NCBI RefSeq assembly: GCF_001194135.2
Contig: NC_068984.1
Location: 7,719,042 to 7,755,953, forward strand
Length of the DNA stretch: 36,912 nucleotides
DNA from: Octopus bimaculoides
Taxonomy: Eukaryota
Reading direction: 5' to 3'
Below the pieces are notes generated by a model, which made no database searches, was not told where the DNA came from, and saw only the letters and a list, made by a program, of their open reading frames with translations. Below, piece after piece: positions 33,977-36,912 of this stretch. The number at the start of each line of letters is the position of its first letter. The first letter of the stretch is position 1. A program made the translations under genes and the position numbers.

Positions 33977-34523
33977 CTATATGGATACATACATACACTT
34001 CCATACACGCATATACACACACACACACATATATGTATATATATTTGCATGTATGTATATATGATATATGATGTGGATCAGGAACTGTGAACCCTAGAAA
34101 GGGCATTGCTGTCAAGGTATAACATTGCTGTTAACTGGGTATAACTTGAAGCTTGGTCAACTAGAGCAGGTTCACCTGGGTGAGAATTGGGCAAAGGGCT
34201 ACTGACTATTTTCGAAAGACCCAAAACATGCAAGCAGTTCAAGAAACATCCCTAAAGATGTGCCCAGTTGCATCCCAGGACCCCCTTGTATGAAATATAG
34301 ATACACGAGGAGGTGGTGAAAATTTCCTGCCTTTTGGTTAAAGAAAATAGAAGAGAATCAGTTAACTATGATTTTATCCAACGTATTTCCCTCTCAGGTA
34401 CACACACTTATTGTCGCGACCCTTCAGTTTTTCTCAGCCCAGTAAAAGATGCTGCTCGGTTGGGCCTCAAGCGGGGCCTTTCTCGATATCCTCAATGCCA
34501 GGAACTATTCAGCAACCTGACGC

Positions 34524-34623
<100 letters not shown>

Positions 34624-34665
34624 ATNNNNNNNNNNNNNNNNNNNNNNNNNNNNNNNNNNNNNNNN

Positions 34666-34800
34666 GATTGTGCCACCAAGGGCGGCCCTTCAGTTTGCCC
34701 TCCGGACCCCCACAAAAAACACACATTGCTTACAACAGACCCAAAAATGCCGCCCGGGTCGGACCGCCGCTATTCCCTTCCTCCCCTAACTACGCTAGTG
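34666..34800 (+). mobile_element. Left-truncated identical copy of the hAT-like MITE (tandem duplicate next to a gap)
   Basis: 34666-34830 appears identical to 34856-35020 (period 190 bp). Confidence 0.75.
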
Positions 34801-34841
34801 TATGCATGTTTGTTATATATATATGTATGTATCTATGCATG

Positions 34842-34990
34842 CACCAGCGTAGCTAGATTGTGCCACCAAGGGCGGCCCTTCAGTTTGCCCTCCGGACCCC
34901 CACAAAAAACACACATTGCTTACAACAGACCCAAAAATGCCGCCCGGGTCGGACCGCCGCTATTCCCTTCCTCCCCTAACTACGCTAGTG
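34842..34990. mobile_element. 149-bp hAT-like MITE
   Basis: TIRs caccagcgtagctag and ctaactacgctagtg (13 of 15). 8-bp TSD TATGCATG at 34834-34841 and 34991-34998. CA...TG termini. Confidence 0.85.
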
Positions 34991-35995
34991 TATGCATGTT
35001 TGTTATATATATATGTATGTGTGTGTGTGTGTGTAACCTTATATAAACATGCGTGTAACTATATATGGGTATCTATGTATAATATACATATGTGTTTGCT
35101 TATGCATATGCGTATAATGTGTGTGTGTGTATACACGTATGCGTGCATGATGGAAGTGTATTAAGCTAAACGTTTTACTTTCGTATAAACCCACATTCGT
35201 CCCATTGTATCCACATACATCGCATGCAATCACAATTTTATTACAACAATCGATTTAATTCGGCGCTTATAATCACAAACGCTGGACATCACAAGAAACG
35301 CCTGCTTACGTAACCCCCAACAGATATATAATTAACATCGTAAATATACATCCTTATACCTCACAACAAATATTTTCACATACAGACATGCAGTTCTACA
35401 AACAGGAAATTTCTCATAGAGCAATAAAATGCTTGTATAGTGGCGCCACCGTACGTTCATTGTATACAACTACGGTGAGAGAATGCAATAGTGATTCTTC
35501 ATGTAAATTCAGGAAAATAGCTATACAAATATATTGTATACAGCTAGCATGTCTCACAAGTGTTTAGTTATTTGTCAGACTTATTCGTGGAGTAGATATA
35601 TATAAGTATTTTCTATTAGAGGCAATTTCTTTGTCGGGTAACATTTTATAGACGTGAATGTTCATTACGAAAATGGAAAAGAAAACTTAGAAATAAAAAG
35701 AGAAAAACGCGCCTTATATATTTATGTTCGCCAGATTACGTATGAATGTGTGTTTGTATAATATGTATTGACGAATGTACGAATGCGTGTATGTATATGT
35801 AATTTCATATGTATGTATATGTGTGTGAATGTGTGTGAGTCTTGGATGTTTGTATATATGGGGTTGGTCTTTATATCATATATATGTATATATATAAATG
35901 CATGTATACATGTTTACTTATAGGTGTGTATGAGCGTGTTCATGTGTGTATAAATACATGTGTATAATGCATATATATATATATATATATATATA

Positions 35996-36031
<36 letters not shown>

Positions 36032-36114
36032 CGTGTGTGTCTCTGTGTATGTATGCATGCATGTATGCATGTATACACAGAAACAAACATACATCCATAC
36101 ATCTATATAAAATA

Positions 36115-36165
<51 letters not shown>

Positions 36166-36437
36166 NNNNNNNNNNNNNNNNNNNNNNNNNNNNNNNNNNN
36201 NNNNNNNNNNNNNNNNNNNNNNNNNNNNNNNNNNNNNNNNNNNNNNNNNNNNNNNNNNNNNNNNNNNNNNNNNNNNNNNNNNNNNNNNNNNNNNNNNNNN
36301 NNNNNNNNNNNNNNNNNNNNNNNNNNNNNNNNNNNNNNNNNNNNNNNNNNNNNNNNNNNNNNNNNNNNNNNNNNNNNNNNNNNNNNNNNNNNNNATAAAC
36401 ACTTCACTAACTCACAAGCATAGGTGGAGGCAAATAC

Positions 36438-36477
<40 letters not shown>

Positions 36478-36671
36478 GTGCATGTGCCCGTCGCTGCGTG
36501 CGTTTGCATAAGTGCATGTGTGCGATTATACACGAACTATATTGTGTATGTAAGCATGTATGTATATTATTTAGAGTTCATTCACATAGATTCAGTAATC
36601 ATTTCTCTCTTCATCATTTATTTCCTCTCTCTATCGCTCTCTTTCATCCGCTTTCACTATCACTCTATCAG

Positions 36672-36702
<31 letters not shown>

Positions 36703-36713
36703 GGCTTTCTATC

Positions 36714-36744
<31 letters not shown>

Positions 36745-36912
36745 ATGTGTGTGTGTGTGTGTGTGTACATATATTTCTCCCGCATCCTTCTATCTCTGTC
36801 TTTCTATCATATATCTGTCTTACGTATCACCTATATCTATTCCTCCAGCTCTCTCTCTCTTACCCTCCATCTCTCTATCTCCCTACCTCCTTCCATCCCT
36901 CCCTACCTCCCC

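Noticed and set aside
34085-34310. Possible LINE 3' fragment (also 18830-19100 and 32570-32750)
   Set aside because: Only vague motif resemblance and no convincing ordered motifs.

Overview
AT-rich, repeat-dominated non-coding eukaryotic DNA. It is most likely intronic or intergenic sequence from an Octopus (coleoid cephalopod) draft assembly; this is inferred from the SINE families and microsatellite density, not proven. About 6 kb is N in 16 gaps, most of which abut microsatellites. Nearly all ORFs in the supplied track are microsatellite or gap artefacts, and no host protein-coding gene could be identified with confidence. Supported content: (1) over 20 tRNA-derived SINE copies or fragments in about four modular families; (2) decayed LINEs: an R4/Dong-like RLE 3' end, an RTE RT region and an RTE-BovB-like 3' end; (3) DNA transposon derivatives: two Tc1/mariner DDxD remnants, a Merlin-like MITE with an 8-bp TSD and an internal (TTAGGG)n G4 motif, a hAT-like MITE, and two unclassified inverted-repeat units; (4) several minimal type I hammerhead ribozyme motifs with palindromic stem III, of the kind known from Penelope-like elements. 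The most interesting item is a near-intact hammerhead (minus strand, 9127-9179) in the middle of a 335-bp unit bounded by 36-bp inverted repeats. Several close inverted repeat pairs could form dsRNA for ADAR editing. All alignments and folds were done by eye, and coordinates of decayed elements are approximate.
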